A DNA stretch of 64,000 nucleotides from a bacterium (GCA_963674595.2 CAXXFV010000029.1:128001-192000); one strand, 5' to 3'; positions 30,696 to 42,533 are shown, counted from the first letter of the stretch. Notes: generated by a model not told the origin, from the sequence alone. Translations and numbers: made by a program.

Positions 30696-31866
30696 CGTTT
30701 AATCCAAATCGGTTTATTTTACGATACAGGGTCCGTTCGCTCATGCCCAAAAGACCGGCGGCTTTTCTTTTGTTTCCACCGGTTTTGCTTAACGCATTCA
30801 AAATCATTTCTTTTTCCATATCGGAAACCGACATATCAGACTTTTTATTGTTTACGTTCTCACCAGATTGATCAACATATTCATAGGCAAGATCTTCACG
30901 CCAGGGCCCCAAATGCAGTTTGGGCTGCATGCCGCAGGACAACATCAGCTCCCGCAACTGGGCGATTTCGCTTTTAATCTCCAGCAAGGCCCTTAGCAAA
31001 AATTCACGCTCCAGTTCATCTTTGGGCTTGTTGAGATGGACAGGCAAACTTTTGTCAAAACGATCAAAAGGTTTGATATATTTATCCAAAACAAATTCAT
31101 CAATTTTCCGGCCACGTTCTAAAACAATTACTTTTTCTACTAAATTTCTTAATTCCCGAATATTGCCGGGCCAGGAATATTCCTGCATTTTATGCAAACC
31201 CGATTCAGTAAATCCTTCAAATTCGATCAGGTTGTTACGAACAAAATCGTTTGAAAATTTGTTCACAAGAATGGGAATATCAGCTATCCGCTCTCTCAAG
31301 GGCGGCACGGTTATGTTCATCACATTTAACCGATAAAACAAATCCTGGCGAAAATTGCCTTTTTCAACCTCTTGTTCCAGGTTTTTATTTGTTGCGGCAA
31401 TCAGGCGAATGTTAACCTGGTGAACGGTCGTTCCCCCGACACGTATAAATTCCCGTTCTTCCAGCACACGCAGCAGTTTAACCTGTATGGAAAGAGGCAG
31501 TTCACCGATTTCATCCAGAAAAATGCTGCCGTTGTTGGCGAGTTCAAAATATCCTTTTCTCGCCCCAACAGCGCCGGTAAAGGACCCTTTTTCATGTCCA
31601 AACAGTTCCGATTCCAAAATACCTTCCGGAATGGCCCCGCAGTTAACGGTAATAATCGGTTCATTGCTGCGGCGGCTAAGCTGATGGATCGCTTTTCCAA
31701 CCAGTTCTTTACCGGTTCCGCTTTCTCCGGTTACCAGTACGGAAATATCCGTAGAGGCAACCTGATCAATTGTTTCAATAAGCTGACGTACTTTGTCAGA
31801 CTCACCTAAAATGCCTGTTTCCTGTTGAATTTGACGAAATTGAGATTCTCGTTCAAAATCATCCAT
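30685..31866 (-). CDS. Sigma-54 dependent transcriptional regulator (AAA+ and Fis HTH, no receiver domain)
   Basis: [39 protein letters not shown]-terminal HTH. Confidence 0.93.
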   Translation of the reverse strand: MDDFERESQFRQIQQETGILGESDKVRQLIETIDQVASTDISVLVTGESGTGKELVGKAIHQLSRRSNEPIITVNCGAIPEGILESELFGHEKGSFTGAVGARKGYFELANNGSIFLDEIGELPLSIQVKLLRVLEEREFIRVGGTTVHQVNIRLIAATNKNLEQEVEKGNFRQDLFYRLNVMNITVPPLRERIADIPILVNKFSNDFVRNNLIEFEGFTESGLHKMQEYSWPGNIRELRNLVEKVIVLERGRKIDEFVLDKYIKPFDRFDKSLPVHLNKPKDELEREFLLRALLEIKSEIAQLRELMLSCGMQPKLHLGPWREDLAYEYVDQSGENVNNKKSDMSVSDMEKEMILNALSKTGGNKRKAAGLLGMSERTLYRKINRFGLNDDE

Positions 31867-31908
31867 AGCAGTACCTCAAATAGAAAAATATATTTTCATT
31901 TGCCGATA

Positions 31909-32829
31909 TCATTCACTCGTTCTAAAATAGTCAACTGTTTCTTTTAAACCGGTTTCAAGGTCGTATTCGGGTTCCCAGCCGATTATTTTTTTGGCTTTGG
32001 AATAATCGATAACACTTCTCATCTGCTCGCCCTCTTTACCGGGTCCGTGTTTTTCTTCACCCTTTTTACCGGTCAGGTCATTAATGGTGTGAAAAATCTG
32101 GTTGATATTTGTTTCTATGCCGGTGCCGATGTTAATAATCTGGCTTTCGTCTTTATCCAGCGCCCGAACACTTGCTTTAACCACGTCTTTAACAAAGACA
32201 AAATCACGGGTTTGTGTTCCGTCACCATTAATTACAACAGGTTCACCGTTTAATAACTTTGTTGCAAAGATGGCCACAACACCGGCCTCGCCGTGCGGGT
32301 TCTGACGCGGGCCATAAACGTTGGCGTAACGCAATGCAAAATATTTAATGCCATAGGTCAACGCATAAAAAAACAGGTATTTTTCACCAACCAATTTGGT
32401 AATACCATAGGGACTGTAGGGCTGGGTGACATGGTTTTCATCCGCCGGAAAATAGTCCTGTTCGCCGTAAATAGCGCCGCCGGAAGAGGCAAAAATAACC
32501 TTTTTAACGCCGGTTTTTGCACAGTTTTGTAAAACATTGATAAAGCCGATAACGTTATTATCAGCATCAAAAATCGGGTCTTCAACGGACTTGCGAACAT
32601 CCATCTGTGCAGCCTGGTTATTGACAACATCAAATTTATGTTTTGCAAACAGTTCCGATAAATTTTTATCGCGAATGTCCATTTGCACAAATTCTGCCTT
32701 GGGATTTATATTTTGTTTCCGTCCGGAAGACATGTTATCTACAATCACAACATCATGTCCTGCGTTTATATAGGCATCCGTAATATGAGAAGCGATAAAT
32801 CCGGCGCCTCCGGTAACGAGTATTTTCAT
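31909..32829 (-). CDS. NAD-dependent epimerase/dehydratase (UDP-glucose 4-epimerase-like)
   Basis: GGAGFIAS, YGITK, NVYGPRQ, TRDFVFV motifs. Confidence 0.9.
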   Translation of the reverse strand: MKILVTGGAGFIASHITDAYINAGHDVVIVDNMSSGRKQNINPKAEFVQMDIRDKNLSELFAKHKFDVVNNQAAQMDVRKSVEDPIFDADNNVIGFINVLQNCAKTGVKKVIFASSGGAIYGEQDYFPADENHVTQPYSPYGITKLVGEKYLFFYALTYGIKYFALRYANVYGPRQNPHGEAGVVAIFATKLLNGEPVVINGDGTQTRDFVFVKDVVKASVRALDKDESQIINIGTGIETNINQIFHTINDLTGKKGEEKHGPGKEGEQMRSVIDYSKAKKIIGWEPEYDLETGLKETVDYFRTSE

Positions 32830-32848
32830 TTCTTATATCTCCTTTTAT

Positions 32849-34114
32849 CTATCTTAACGCGCGTGCGGCAATATCCTTGCGATAATATGCGCCGTCAAAC
32901 GTAATTTTTCCAACTGCTTTGTAAACTTTATCGATAGCACTGTGAATGGAATCGTCCAGGGCGGTTACGCCGAGAACACGACCGCCGGCGGTAACAATCT
33001 GGTCGCCCTGTTGTTTTGTTCCGGCATGAAAAACCAGGATATTCTCATCCAAACGGCTGTCCAGTCCCAGAATGGGTTTGCCCTTTTCATAGGGACCGGG
33101 GTATCCGCCGGAAGAGATAACAACACAAACACCGGCCTGTTTTTTATTTTTCCATTCATATTCGTTTAAATTTCCATCCATGGCCGACATGATCCCTTCC
33201 ACAAGGTCGCTTTTTGCCAGGGGCAGCACAACCTGTGTTTCCGGGTCACCAAACCGGCAGTTATATTCCAATACTTTTGGGCCGTCTTTGGTAATCATGA
33301 GTCCGGCGTATAAAATTCCCTTATAGGGGCGGTCTTCAAGGGCCATGCCTTTAATGGTGGGTTCCATGATCTCTTTTTTAATTTTTTCCATTAAAACAGC
33401 ATCAACCTGCGGGGTGGGTGCATAGGCGCCCATACCACCGGTATTGGGTCCCTGATCGTTGTCAAAGATCCGTTTGTGGTCCTGGGACGGCACCATATAG
33501 GCCAGGTTTTCACCGTCGGACAGGGCCAGCACAGACACTTCATCACCGGTCAGATACTCTTCCACAATCAGTTTGCGTCCGGCCTCGCCGAATGCCTTTT
33601 TCTTCATAATCAGGTCCACAGCTTCAATGGCCTGTTCGCTGTTCTGGCACATCAGCACGCCTTTACCGGCGGCCAAACCGTCAACTTTAACGACAACCGG
33701 CACGTTTGACTGCGACACAAATTTATGCGCCTCTTCATAGTCCGTAAACTCGCGGTAATCGGCTGTGGGGATGTCATATTTTTTTAAAATATATTTACAA
33801 AAAGCCTTGCTTCCTTCAAGTTCTGCAGCGCGTTTGCTGGGTCCGAATACCGGAATACGGTTGGCGTCAAAATAGTCAACTATGCCGTCCACCAGCGGAA
33901 TTTCCGGTCCAATGATGGCCAGGTCGATCTTTTTCTTGATGGCAAAGTTTAACAACTTTTTATAATCCGTTACCGCAATGTCTTCACATTCGGCGTCCAA
34001 AGCGATACCGGCGTTTCCCGGTGTGCAGTATATCTTTTTCACATAGGGTGATTGTTTTAATTTCCATACAATTGTATGCTCTCTTCCCCCGCTGCCAATT
34101 ACCATTACATTCAT
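32849..34114 (-). CDS. purD: Phosphoribosylamine--glycine ligase
   Basis: GSGGREH, GLAAGKGV, QDHKR, GPNTGGMGAY, RFGDPETQ motifs. Confidence 0.97.
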   Translation of the reverse strand: MNVMVIGSGGREHTIVWKLKQSPYVKKIYCTPGNAGIALDAECEDIAVTDYKKLLNFAIKKKIDLAIIGPEIPLVDGIVDYFDANRIPVFGPSKRAAELEGSKAFCKYILKKYDIPTADYREFTDYEEAHKFVSQSNVPVVVKVDGLAAGKGVLMCQNSEQAIEAVDLIMKKKAFGEAGRKLIVEEYLTGDEVSVLALSDGENLAYMVPSQDHKRIFDNDQGPNTGGMGAYAPTPQVDAVLMEKIKKEIMEPTIKGMALEDRPYKGILYAGLMITKDGPKVLEYNCRFGDPETQVVLPLAKSDLVEGIMSAMDGNLNEYEWKNKKQAGVCVVISSGGYPGPYEKGKPILGLDSRLDENILVFHAGTKQQGDQIVTAGGRVLGVTALDDSIHSAIDKVYKAVGKITFDGAYYRKDIAARALR

Positions 34115-34151
34115 GTTTATCCCTTCAAGTTTCTAATAAAACCAGAATAAT

Positions 34152-36173
34152 TTACCTTTTAAAATGTCCGCCGCTTAACAGTTCAATTTTATCGCGAAGT
34201 TCGGCCGCTTTTTCAAACTCCATAATTTTAGCGGACTCGAACATTGATTTTTCCAATTGGTCCAAAATTTCTTGTTTTTCCGTTTCACTAAACTTTTTCC
34301 AGTTTTTCACATAATCATCATCCTGGGCCGCCGTTTTTTTGCCATAGGGCGCTGCTTTGGAATCTGCCACCCGGGTGGCGCTCATCACCTGGTCTATGGA
34401 TTTTTGTATCGACCTTGGTGTAATGTTGTGCTCTTTATTATACTCTGCCTGAATTTCCCTGCGGCGGTTGGTTTCGTCAATCGCTCTTTGCATGGACCCG
34501 GTCATTTTGTCCGCATAAAAGATGACCTTACCGTAAACATTTCTGGCCGCACGCCCGGCTGTTTGAATTAGTGACCGCTCAGACCGTAAAAAGCCTTCCT
34601 TGTCCGCGTCCAGCACCACCACAAGGGAAACTTCGGGCAGGTCCAAACCCTCGCGCAACAGGTTGATGCCCACCAGCACATCAAATTCCGCCAAACGCAA
34701 GTCCCGCAAAATAGCGATACGGTCCAGGGCGTCAATTTCCGAATGCAGGTATCGCACCTGAATGCCCTGACCGGCAAGATAGTCGGTTAAATCTTCGGCC
34801 ATACGTTTTGTCAGCGTGGTAACCAGTATACGCTCGTTACGCTCCACACGTTCCCGAACTTCGTGGATCAGGTCATCAATTTGTCCTTCAATGGGCCGCA
34901 CTTCAATTTCAGGGTCCATGAGCCCGGTGGGACGAATAATCTGCTCAACAACGATACCTTCACTTTTTTCAAGCTCATAATCTGCCGGGGTTGCGGATAT
35001 ATAAACAACCTTGTTAATTACCGATTCAAATTCTTTAAAATTCAAAGGACGGTTATCCAGCGCAGACGGCAGACGAAAACCGTGTTCCACCAGCGTTTCC
35101 TTACGGGCACGGTCGCCGTTATACATGCCCTGCACCTGGGGAATGGTCACGTGAGATTCATCAATGATGGTTAAAAAATCATCCGGGAAATAATCGATAA
35201 GTGTGGACGGTCTTTCACCTTCACCCCGTCCGGCCAAATGCCGCGAATAATTTTCCACACCGGAACAATAGCCTATTTCCTGCATCATTTCCAGGTCATA
35301 ATTGGTGCGCGTTTCAATGCGCTGCGCTTCCAGCAGCTTGCCGTGCTCTCTGAAATATTTCAGACGGTCTTCAAGCTCACCTTCTATATTTTTAATCGCC
35401 TGCTGTAAATGGGAATAGGGCGTTACAAAATGTTTGGCCGGATAAATAGCCACACGGTCCAGTTGGTTTTTCACCTCGCCGCTGGTTACATCCACAACAG
35501 AGATTTTTTCAATTTCATCGCCAAACATCTCTATGCGCACCGCCTCTTTTTCATAGGCAGGAATAATTTCCACCACATCTCCGCGAACGCGAAAGGTACC
35601 GCGCTCAAAAGCGATATCATTTCTTGTATAATATATTTCAACCAGTTTTTCCAGAATTTTGTTTCGGTCAATACGCTGGCCCTTGTCCAGAAATAACAGC
35701 ATTTGTTTCCAAATTTCCGGAGAACCTAATCCGTAAATACAGGACACTGACGCTACTATTATAGTATCCGGCCGCGACAAAAGCGAGCTGGTCGCTTTTA
35801 AACGAAGTCTGTCTATTTCATCATTAATGGACGAATCTTTTTCGATAAATGTATCGGACGAGGGAACATAGGCTTCGGGCTGATAATAGTCATAATAGCT
35901 GATAAAATATTCCACCGCATTGTCCGGGAAAAACGCCTGAAATTCGCCGTAAAGCTGGGCTGCCAGGGTTTTGTTGTGTGAAATAACCAGGGCCGGTTTG
36001 CCGTATTGGGCAATCACATTGGCCATGGTAAAGGTTTTACCACTGCCGGTAACACCCAGCAGGGTTTGGTGTTTATCGTTTCGTTTCAATCCCTCCACGA
36101 TCTGTTCGATGGCTTGAGGCTGATCGCCGGTGGGTTGAAAATCAGATTTTAATTTAAAAATGGAATTCGACAT
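34152..36173 (-). CDS. uvrB: Excinuclease ABC subunit B
   Basis: [38 protein letters not shown]-terminal UVR domain. Confidence 0.98.
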   Translation of the reverse strand: MSNSIFKLKSDFQPTGDQPQAIEQIVEGLKRNDKHQTLLGVTGSGKTFTMANVIAQYGKPALVISHNKTLAAQLYGEFQAFFPDNAVEYFISYYDYYQPEAYVPSSDTFIEKDSSINDEIDRLRLKATSSLLSRPDTIIVASVSCIYGLGSPEIWKQMLLFLDKGQRIDRNKILEKLVEIYYTRNDIAFERGTFRVRGDVVEIIPAYEKEAVRIEMFGDEIEKISVVDVTSGEVKNQLDRVAIYPAKHFVTPYSHLQQAIKNIEGELEDRLKYFREHGKLLEAQRIETRTNYDLEMMQEIGYCSGVENYSRHLAGRGEGERPSTLIDYFPDDFLTIIDESHVTIPQVQGMYNGDRARKETLVEHGFRLPSALDNRPLNFKEFESVINKVVYISATPADYELEKSEGIVVEQIIRPTGLMDPEIEVRPIEGQIDDLIHEVRERVERNERILVTTLTKRMAEDLTDYLAGQGIQVRYLHSEIDALDRIAILRDLRLAEFDVLVGINLLREGLDLPEVSLVVVLDADKEGFLRSERSLIQTAGRAARNVYGKVIFYADKMTGSMQRAIDETNRRREIQAEYNKEHNITPRSIQKSIDQVMSATRVADSKAAPYGKKTAAQDDDYVKNWKKFSETEKQEILDQLEKSMFESAKIMEFEKAAELRDKIELLSGGHFKR

Positions 36174-36294
36174 ATTGATCCAATTCACCACAAATTTTAA
36201 AAAACTATGACAGGAATATACGTTAGATATGACAAAATGTCAAGTTTGAAAATTTCAAATTGCTTTATGGCAAACAATCGACCATACAAACGGC

Positions 36295-38709
36295 TTGAAA
36301 ATAACAAAATCAGGTACTATATTAGAAACCACATTCAATATAAAGGTAGTCTCGTTGCGAACAAGATATAAGGTCCTTTTCATTCTCTTTTGGGGTTTAT
36401 TTTTTTCTCTCCTTTATCACAGGGTTGAAGGCGCTGAAAAACCGTTTACACGTGCTTTGTGGATAACGCGCTGGGAATACAGTTCTCCTAATGATATAAA
36501 GAAAATAGTGGAAAATGCGGCCAAATATAATTTTAACGTTATATTATTTCAGGTGCGCGGAAACGGCACAACATTATATCCGTCGGAATATGAACCCTGG
36601 GCACAGGAACTGGGCGGAACAGATCCGGGCTGGGACCCGCTGAAACTGGTTACGGAACTGGCACACTTTGAAGATATTCAGGTTCATGCCTGGATAAATG
36701 TGTTTCCGGGATGGAGCGGTAAAACACCGCCCACAGACCCACATCAGCTTTATAACGCGCATCCGGACTGGTTTATGTGGGACGAATTTGGACAAAAGCA
36801 ACGACTGAATTCGCACTATATGTGGCTCTCCCCCACCAATCCCGATGTTCAGCAATATCTGCTAAAAATTTGCCGGGAAATTTATACAACATACGATGTT
36901 GACGGCCTTCACCTGGACTATGTCCGTTTTCCGGCCTCGTCCTATTCCTATGATCCTGTTTCACTGAAAATTTTTAATAACGTCTATAAAAGCACGCCCC
37001 AGGAAAAACCGGACGAATGGTCACGGTTCCGGCGCAACAGCATTACCCTGTTTGTGGAAGCGCTATATCAGGATATGAAAAAATATAACCAAAACCTGGA
37101 GCTTTCCGCTTCGGTTATCGGCGATTTTGTTCGCGGCTATCAGATTTTTATGCAGGACTGCCACGGCTGGATGGCCAAAGGCATTATCGATGTAATCTAT
37201 CCCATGCTCTATTCACCGGACCAGCTTATTTATACCCGGCAACTGGCAGACCATTTGCAAAACACACATGACCGCCATGTTTTCCCGGGACTGGAACCGA
37301 AAGACCAAAACGGATTTGAATTTCGTATGCAAAAGGCGCTGGCTGCCGGCTGTAAAGGTGTGGCGGTTTTTTCATACAGCAGCATTTTTCCCAACCACCG
37401 TCCCAATTCGGCGCTGGCCGACGTGCTGAGCAGCAACTGGACTCATAAAACACACCCTTCCGTACATCCCTGGAAAGGCATTACCGGCGATACCCAGGGA
37501 CCGTTTATCACGCAGGTGAAAACAATTCCCGATCTTGTTACGCCGGAAACAAAGTTTAAAATTGCCGCCCAGATTATTGATCCCAGCAATGTTTACAAAG
37601 GGGAAAAGGGCAAATCCGGCAAAAACGTTTATCTGGTTTATGATAAAAACTGGCCGCCGAAAAATAAAAACAAAATTGAAATGAAGCCGGTGCCCAATTC
37701 CGATTCCTGGTATATTACAGACTCTTATGTTCCGCCCCAGCAGGCGGGTCTGGATTTTCGCGGTCGTATTTTTGCCTGGGACGACTATCATGTGTCCGCC
37801 GAGCACCCGAAACGGAACCTGGGTTACAGCGATGTGTGGGCCATTTCCACACTTATACCGCACCAGACATTTATTTCAGCGGGCTATGTGGGCCCGGTTT
37901 TGCAGCGCCCGTCGGTCCTGGAGGTTGACCAACAGGGCAATGTCTGGATCGGTTTGGGTGAAGAAGGAAAAGTTGTGGTCCTTGAAGCGGGCGGGCATTC
38001 GCGCACGTTCCCGGACCTTACTTTCGGCATAGACGAAACCGGTACTGAACGGCATTTTTCACGGATTACCGGTTTGGCCCTTTCCCAAAAAGGGACCATG
38101 TATGTTGCCGACCGGGACAAAAATTCCATAATTTATGAATTTGATATAAAAACCGGCACACCGTTGTCCGGTATTCGATTAGATTTTCCTGTTTCCGGGA
38201 TTGACTGCGATAATCAGGGCCATATTTTTGCCCTGGAAGCATCGTCCACTGCCTGGCATGTGCTGGATAATAAGGGAAATGACCTGAAACAGAGTCCATT
38301 CGGCAGTAAAAACACCGGCAACAATATCGCTGTTTTTAAAAACGGCAGCGGTGTATTTATCAGCGATCAGACCACCCTCAGCGTTCAACACTGGAAAGGC
38401 GCGGTTGAAGGCAATCGTGCCAGGTACTGGCGCGTGCCGGATATTCCGGCGCAGGATATTGGTCTTGGAAAAGTGGAAACCGACAGTTCGGATTTTGTTT
38501 ACGTGTCACACAGCCAGCGCGGTGTTATTACGCTGTTTAACAGAACCGGCGACATCCTCAGTCACCTTATCGGCGGGTCCCCAAAACTAAACGCCCCAAA
38601 AGATATTGCTGTTACGGCAACCGGCGATTCTCTCTATGTTTTAGAGGCTGTCGGGAACGGCCCGACAAAACTTTCACTGTGGTGTAAGAATAAGAATATT
38701 AAAAGGTAA
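36295..38709 (+). CDS. GHL10 (DUF187) glycoside hydrolase fused to NHL/beta-propeller domain
   Basis: RALWITRW, FQVRG.G, VHAWIN, YDVDGLHLDYVRF, PMLY; C-terminal NHL-like repeats; start uncertain. Confidence 0.8.
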   Translation: MKITKSGTILETTFNIKVVSLRTRYKVLFILFWGLFFSLLYHRVEGAEKPFTRALWITRWEYSSPNDIKKIVENAAKYNFNVILFQVRGNGTTLYPSEYEPWAQELGGTDPGWDPLKLVTELAHFEDIQVHAWINVFPGWSGKTPPTDPHQLYNAHPDWFMWDEFGQKQRLNSHYMWLSPTNPDVQQYLLKICREIYTTYDVDGLHLDYVRFPASSYSYDPVSLKIFNNVYKSTPQEKPDEWSRFRRNSITLFVEALYQDMKKYNQNLELSASVIGDFVRGYQIFMQDCHGWMAKGIIDVIYPMLYSPDQLIYTRQLADHLQNTHDRHVFPGLEPKDQNGFEFRMQKALAAGCKGVAVFSYSSIFPNHRPNSALADVLSSNWTHKTHPSVHPWKGITGDTQGPFITQVKTIPDLVTPETKFKIAAQIIDPSNVYKGEKGKSGKNVYLVYDKNWPPKNKNKIEMKPVPNSDSWYITDSYVPPQQAGLDFRGRIFAWDDYHVSAEHPKRNLGYSDVWAISTLIPHQTFISAGYVGPVLQRPSVLEVDQQGNVWIGLGEEGKVVVLEAGGHSRTFPDLTFGIDETGTERHFSRITGLALSQKGTMYVADRDKNSIIYEFDIKTGTPLSGIRLDFPVSGIDCDNQGHIFALEASSTAWHVLDNKGNDLKQSPFGSKNTGNNIAVFKNGSGVFISDQTTLSVQHWKGAVEGNRARYWRVPDIPAQDIGLGKVETDSSDFVYVSHSQRGVITLFNRTGDILSHLIGGSPKLNAPKDIAVTATGDSLYVLEAVGNGPTKLSLWCKNKNIKR

Positions 38710-38731
38710 AACCTGTTTTAACGGCTATGTA

Positions 38732-39691
38732 TCAAAAAGAAGAATAACGCGATACAAGCAACGAACAGGGTAAATTTTGCAAGGCAAGTTCAATTCCCTG
38801 GGGGAAAAGACGGTCCCAAAAACCCATGTGGCTGCTGGAGCCGGGCACGACAAACAAGTCCGCTTTGAGTTCTCGGGTAAAATCCAGCGTTGATGTGCGG
38901 GATTTTTCCAGCAGACATCGTGTGGAATAGTCGGAACACCAAAATTTAAATTCTTTTAAAAATAATTTTAATTTTTCATCTTCAGCGTGATAAAATTCTT
39001 TAAACTGTGTCGGATGCAGTTCTTCCTTCTGACCGTTCATGTCGGGAATTCGGAAGGAATGTGTAAAGTACAGATCTTTAGAGCCGGCCGCATGACCGAT
39101 TCTGTCCGCCACCTCAATGGCCGATTTGGCCTCATCATCATATTCCACAACACAATGGATTTTGTTCAGCTCATCGGGTTTGCTTTTGGGGTCCGGCATC
39201 AGCAATACGGAACAGGGTGCATAACGGGCAATTTTTCTGGCAACAGAACCCAAATAATATTTAAACAGGCCCTCCTTTTTCAATGCACCGGCAATGATCA
39301 AATCCGCATCATATTCCCTGGCTGCTTCAATCAAAACATCGGCCGGGTTGCCGCTCCTGACGAGACAAACAGGCGGGTGTTTTTTAAAAGCAGAACGATC
39401 GATCTCCTCTTCCAATCGTGTTCGAATTGAGGAATTTTCTTCGCCTACATGAACAATAATCGGCCATGTACCAAGCAGAGATGCAAAACGATGCGCTTCG
39501 TTCAACACGGCGTTCAGCCTGGGTGAAAAAGCAGCCGCCACAACAGCACGTCTGAAAACCGGCTCCGGGTCTGATAAATTATTTAACAAATCCTTTTTCA
39601 ATAAATTGCCTGCTCCTTTTCTGACTTGTTTAAAAGATATAAAGTAATCCACTAAAGTAACATTGTCAATCAAAATTTTTGCAAAATTCAT
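38732..39691 (-). CDS. Universal stress protein (tandem USP)
   Basis: G.PA..L...A....ADLII.G, LGSVA..IAR.APCSVL; true start probably downstream of the ORF start. Confidence 0.85.
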   Translation of the reverse strand: MNFAKILIDNVTLVDYFISFKQVRKGAGNLLKKDLLNNLSDPEPVFRRAVVAAAFSPRLNAVLNEAHRFASLLGTWPIIVHVGEENSSIRTRLEEEIDRSAFKKHPPVCLVRSGNPADVLIEAAREYDADLIIAGALKKEGLFKYYLGSVARKIARYAPCSVLLMPDPKSKPDELNKIHCVVEYDDEAKSAIEVADRIGHAAGSKDLYFTHSFRIPDMNGQKEELHPTQFKEFYHAEDEKLKLFLKEFKFWCSDYSTRCLLEKSRTSTLDFTRELKADLFVVPGSSSHMGFWDRLFPQGIELALQNLPCSLLVSRYSSF

Positions 39692-39799
39692 TTTTTTTCA
39701 AAAATGTTATTGTATGTCTGTTTATTATTATTTGTATTTTGAACACTTTTTTATTATATTCCCTGCAATCAAAGAATTATCTTTTATAAGAGAAAGTTT

Positions 39800-40138
39800 A
39801 TGCCGAAATCCTTATTTTTTGCCTGGGCTGACCTTGACTGGATTCCAGTTGACGCCAACACCCGCCGAAAACAAATATGGCTTGATAACATCATGCATGT
39901 TATGGTCGAGCTAAAAGCAGGTACAACAGCCCCTGCCCATAGTCATCCTCATGAACAAACCGGAATTATCCTCCAGGGAACGTTAAAAGTGACCGTTGGC
40001 GATCAGGAAAAGACGCTTCCGACAGGAGCAGGATATTTGGTGCCGCCCAATATGGTGCACGGCGTGCAGGTCATTGGCGATGAGGATGTTTTAATATTGG
40101 ATACATTTACACCCATCCGGGAAGATTTTCTTAAATAA
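39800..40138 (+). CDS. Cupin domain protein
   Basis: HSHPHEQ and VPPNMVHG motifs, DTFTPIREDFL end. Confidence 0.9.
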   Translation: MPKSLFFAWADLDWIPVDANTRRKQIWLDNIMHVMVELKAGTTAPAHSHPHEQTGIILQGTLKVTVGDQEKTLPTGAGYLVPPNMVHGVQVIGDEDVLILDTFTPIREDFLK

Positions 40139-40306
40139 AACCAGATTGCCGTCAAGCAATCATCATGTGATACATTTCCCAGACCGGTAGTTGCTTTTGC
40201 CGTCCTGAAAAAATTGAACCTGTTTTTTCAAGATATTATTATATTTAAAAAAATACACATATTTCTAAATTATATTACCATATAATATCCGAAAGGAGGT
40301 CAATTT

Positions 40307-41917
40307 ATGGTTCAGTTTGCATGGCTGGATTATTTTTGGACAATAGCCTATCTTATTCTCATGATCGGCTGCGGAGCCATATTTTACAAGCTTGGTAAAC
40401 GTTCCGAATCTGATTTTTTTCTGGCAGGGCGCGGACTGCCCTGGTGGCTGCCCGCAACATCAAACTTTGCAACACACACAGCAACAGATACTCCCATGTG
40501 GTTTTCAGGGCTTGTCTATTCAAAGGGACTCTATGGTATGTGGTACTCCCTTTTTGCAGGCTGGTGCGCCATTAGTGCATGGGTATCAACGCGAATTTTC
40601 CGACGTTCATTGGCCGGTACACAGGCAGAGTGGCAAACCTTACGTTTCAGCGGATTAGGTTCGGAGCTGCTGCGAGGCTGGATGGCCGGATGGCAGGTGG
40701 CTATGTCCATGTTTATTGCCGGCTGGGTAGGCATTGCCATGGGTAATGTCTGTAATTATGCGTTTGGCTGGCCGTTGTGGTATGGACTGGTTATCTTTTC
40801 AACCCTGTGCTGTTTGTATGTTATTGCAGCCGGTTACTGGGGCGTTATTATTGCCGACGTACAACAGGGTATCACCATGTTTATCGTTATTATTCTGGTT
40901 TCTGTTTGGGCTGCCATTGCTGCCGGCGGACCCAGTGAAATTGTCGCCAAACTGCACGAAATGAACGTCAGCGAAATGCTCAATCCGTTTCGTACATCGG
41001 GATTCATGTCCGGTGATTACCCGCTGCTTTGGCTGATTACCATGATTGCGGTGCCGTTTCTCGGTGGTTTTGGTATGGCAACCCATTTTGACTGGTTTGT
41101 TGAAGCACAACGCATTCAGTCTGCCAGAAACGTTAAAGATGCGGCCTATAGCATTTGGTGGGGAACTGCCGCTGTTATTTTTAGAAACGCCATCTGGGGT
41201 ATTGCTATCCTTGCTATTTTTGTTATCACACAGGGTAACCTGTCAAATACTGAAGCGCAGTTGGCATGGTTTAAAATCGGTTTTGAATATTTTCCGGTCG
41301 GAATGGTTGGATTTTTCTTTGCCGCTATTTTGGCCATTCACATTTCTTCTGTTGCCGGTATTTTAAATTTAGGTTCCATGTATGCAACACGCGATTTGTA
41401 CCATCATTATATTAATCCAAAAGCCAGCGAAGCCAAAGTTGTATGGATTGGCCGAATTATGACGATTGTCGTGCTTCTTGGGTCGTTCTTTTTCGGATTG
41501 ATGATTGGAACAGATATTGTTGACTGGTTGTTTTTCGCCCTCTGGCTGATGGTTGCCGGAACATGGGTGCCGAATATTTTGCAGGTCATTTGGTGGCGCT
41601 TTAACGCATGGGGCTATTTGTCCGCATGGATCGCAAACCTTGGTATCTGCTGGCTGGTTGTTTGGGTGCTTCCATCCTATGGAATGATTCCCGACTTGCC
41701 GGATTATCAACAATTCTGGCTGCTCATCGTTCTTGTCGCACTCGTATATATTCCGGTCACATTTTTAACAAAACCGGATGATATGGACAAACTGGTTAAA
41801 GTATATGCACAAACACGCCCGATCGGCTTTTGGGGTCCGGTTAAAAAAGAAGCAGAACGCCGCGGTTTACTTCAAGCTATTGAAGAATTAGACCGTAAAG
41901 CTGAACAAGAAGTTTAG
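40307..41917 (+). CDS. Sodium:solute symporter family protein
   Basis: FFLAGRGLPWW, many TM helices, strong AGGAGG RBS. Confidence 0.9.
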   Translation: MVQFAWLDYFWTIAYLILMIGCGAIFYKLGKRSESDFFLAGRGLPWWLPATSNFATHTATDTPMWFSGLVYSKGLYGMWYSLFAGWCAISAWVSTRIFRRSLAGTQAEWQTLRFSGLGSELLRGWMAGWQVAMSMFIAGWVGIAMGNVCNYAFGWPLWYGLVIFSTLCCLYVIAAGYWGVIIADVQQGITMFIVIILVSVWAAIAAGGPSEIVAKLHEMNVSEMLNPFRTSGFMSGDYPLLWLITMIAVPFLGGFGMATHFDWFVEAQRIQSARNVKDAAYSIWWGTAAVIFRNAIWGIAILAIFVITQGNLSNTEAQLAWFKIGFEYFPVGMVGFFFAAILAIHISSVAGILNLGSMYATRDLYHHYINPKASEAKVVWIGRIMTIVVLLGSFFFGLMIGTDIVDWLFFALWLMVAGTWVPNILQVIWWRFNAWGYLSAWIANLGICWLVVWVLPSYGMIPDLPDYQQFWLLIVLVALVYIPVTFLTKPDDMDKLVKVYAQTRPIGFWGPVKKEAERRGLLQAIEELDRKAEQEV

Positions 41918-41926
41918 GAGGATATT

Positions 41927-42220
41927 ATGGGCTTTATAAAACGTAAATGGACCCCGCATGAAGCTGAAGAGTGGACAAAGGAAGACTGGATTGCGATTGT
42001 CATTTCCCCGTTTAGTTATATTTTATTAACGATGGGACTTGGTATGTCGCTCTTTCTGATACCACTTGGCTTTATATTGCTGGGCATTGGTATTGTTATT
42101 ACAGTAATTATGTTTTACTCAATCGGTCCCAAGCTGGACGCTGTTTCTGAAGGTTATGAGAAAAAACAGCGTGAATATCTGAAAGACCTGGAAAAGATTC
42201 AAAGATGGGAGGATGAATAA
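41927..42220 (+). CDS. Small 2-TM membrane protein in SSS operon
   Basis: AGGAGG RBS, 9 bp after the SSS stop, two hydrophobic helices. Confidence 0.75.
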   Translation: MGFIKRKWTPHEAEEWTKEDWIAIVISPFSYILLTMGLGMSLFLIPLGFILLGIGIVITVIMFYSIGPKLDAVSEGYEKKQREYLKDLEKIQRWEDE

Positions 42221-42342
42221 TGGAAAAAGGGTTAACCGTTGTTATTGGAATGACCATATCATATTTATTCTCTTTGGCAGGCCTTATATTCGCATGGGTC
42301 TATTACAAGAAAAATAAAAAACAAGCAAGCAAAAGGAGTTAA
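42220..42342 (+). CDS. 40-aa single-TM microprotein
   Basis: MEKGLTVVIGMTISYLFSLAGLIFAWVYYKKNKKQASKRS; TAATG overlap, GGAGG RBS; not in ORF track. Confidence 0.6.
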   Translation: MEKGLTVVIGMTISYLFSLAGLIFAWVYYKKNKKQASKRS

Positions 42343-42347
42343 AAAAT

Positions 42348-42503
42348 ATGTTAGCCATTATAGCTCAGGCCACACGAATAGGCAGCCCGATCCTTGGGTA
42401 TGTTATTCCGGCCGTTATCTTTTTTGTCTCATTTCTGGTTGCTTATCTTCTTTATGTGCATTTTACCAAACAAATGCACTCGACTGATTCTGAAGAAAAG
42501 TAA
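42348..42503 (+). CDS. 51-aa single-TM microprotein
   Basis: MLAIIAQATRIGSPILGYVIPAVIFFVSFLVAYLLYVHFTKQMHSTDSEEK; AGGAG RBS; followed by terminator; not in ORF track. Confidence 0.6.
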   Translation: MLAIIAQATRIGSPILGYVIPAVIFFVSFLVAYLLYVHFTKQMHSTDSEEK

Positions 42504-42533
42504 ATATGATATAAATTTCTTTTATATTAAAAT

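Noticed and set aside
30685-31866. Receiver-less sigma-54 activator with GSFTGA next to lptE as a novelty
   Set aside because: This variant and gene pairing are familiar from FCB-group genomes
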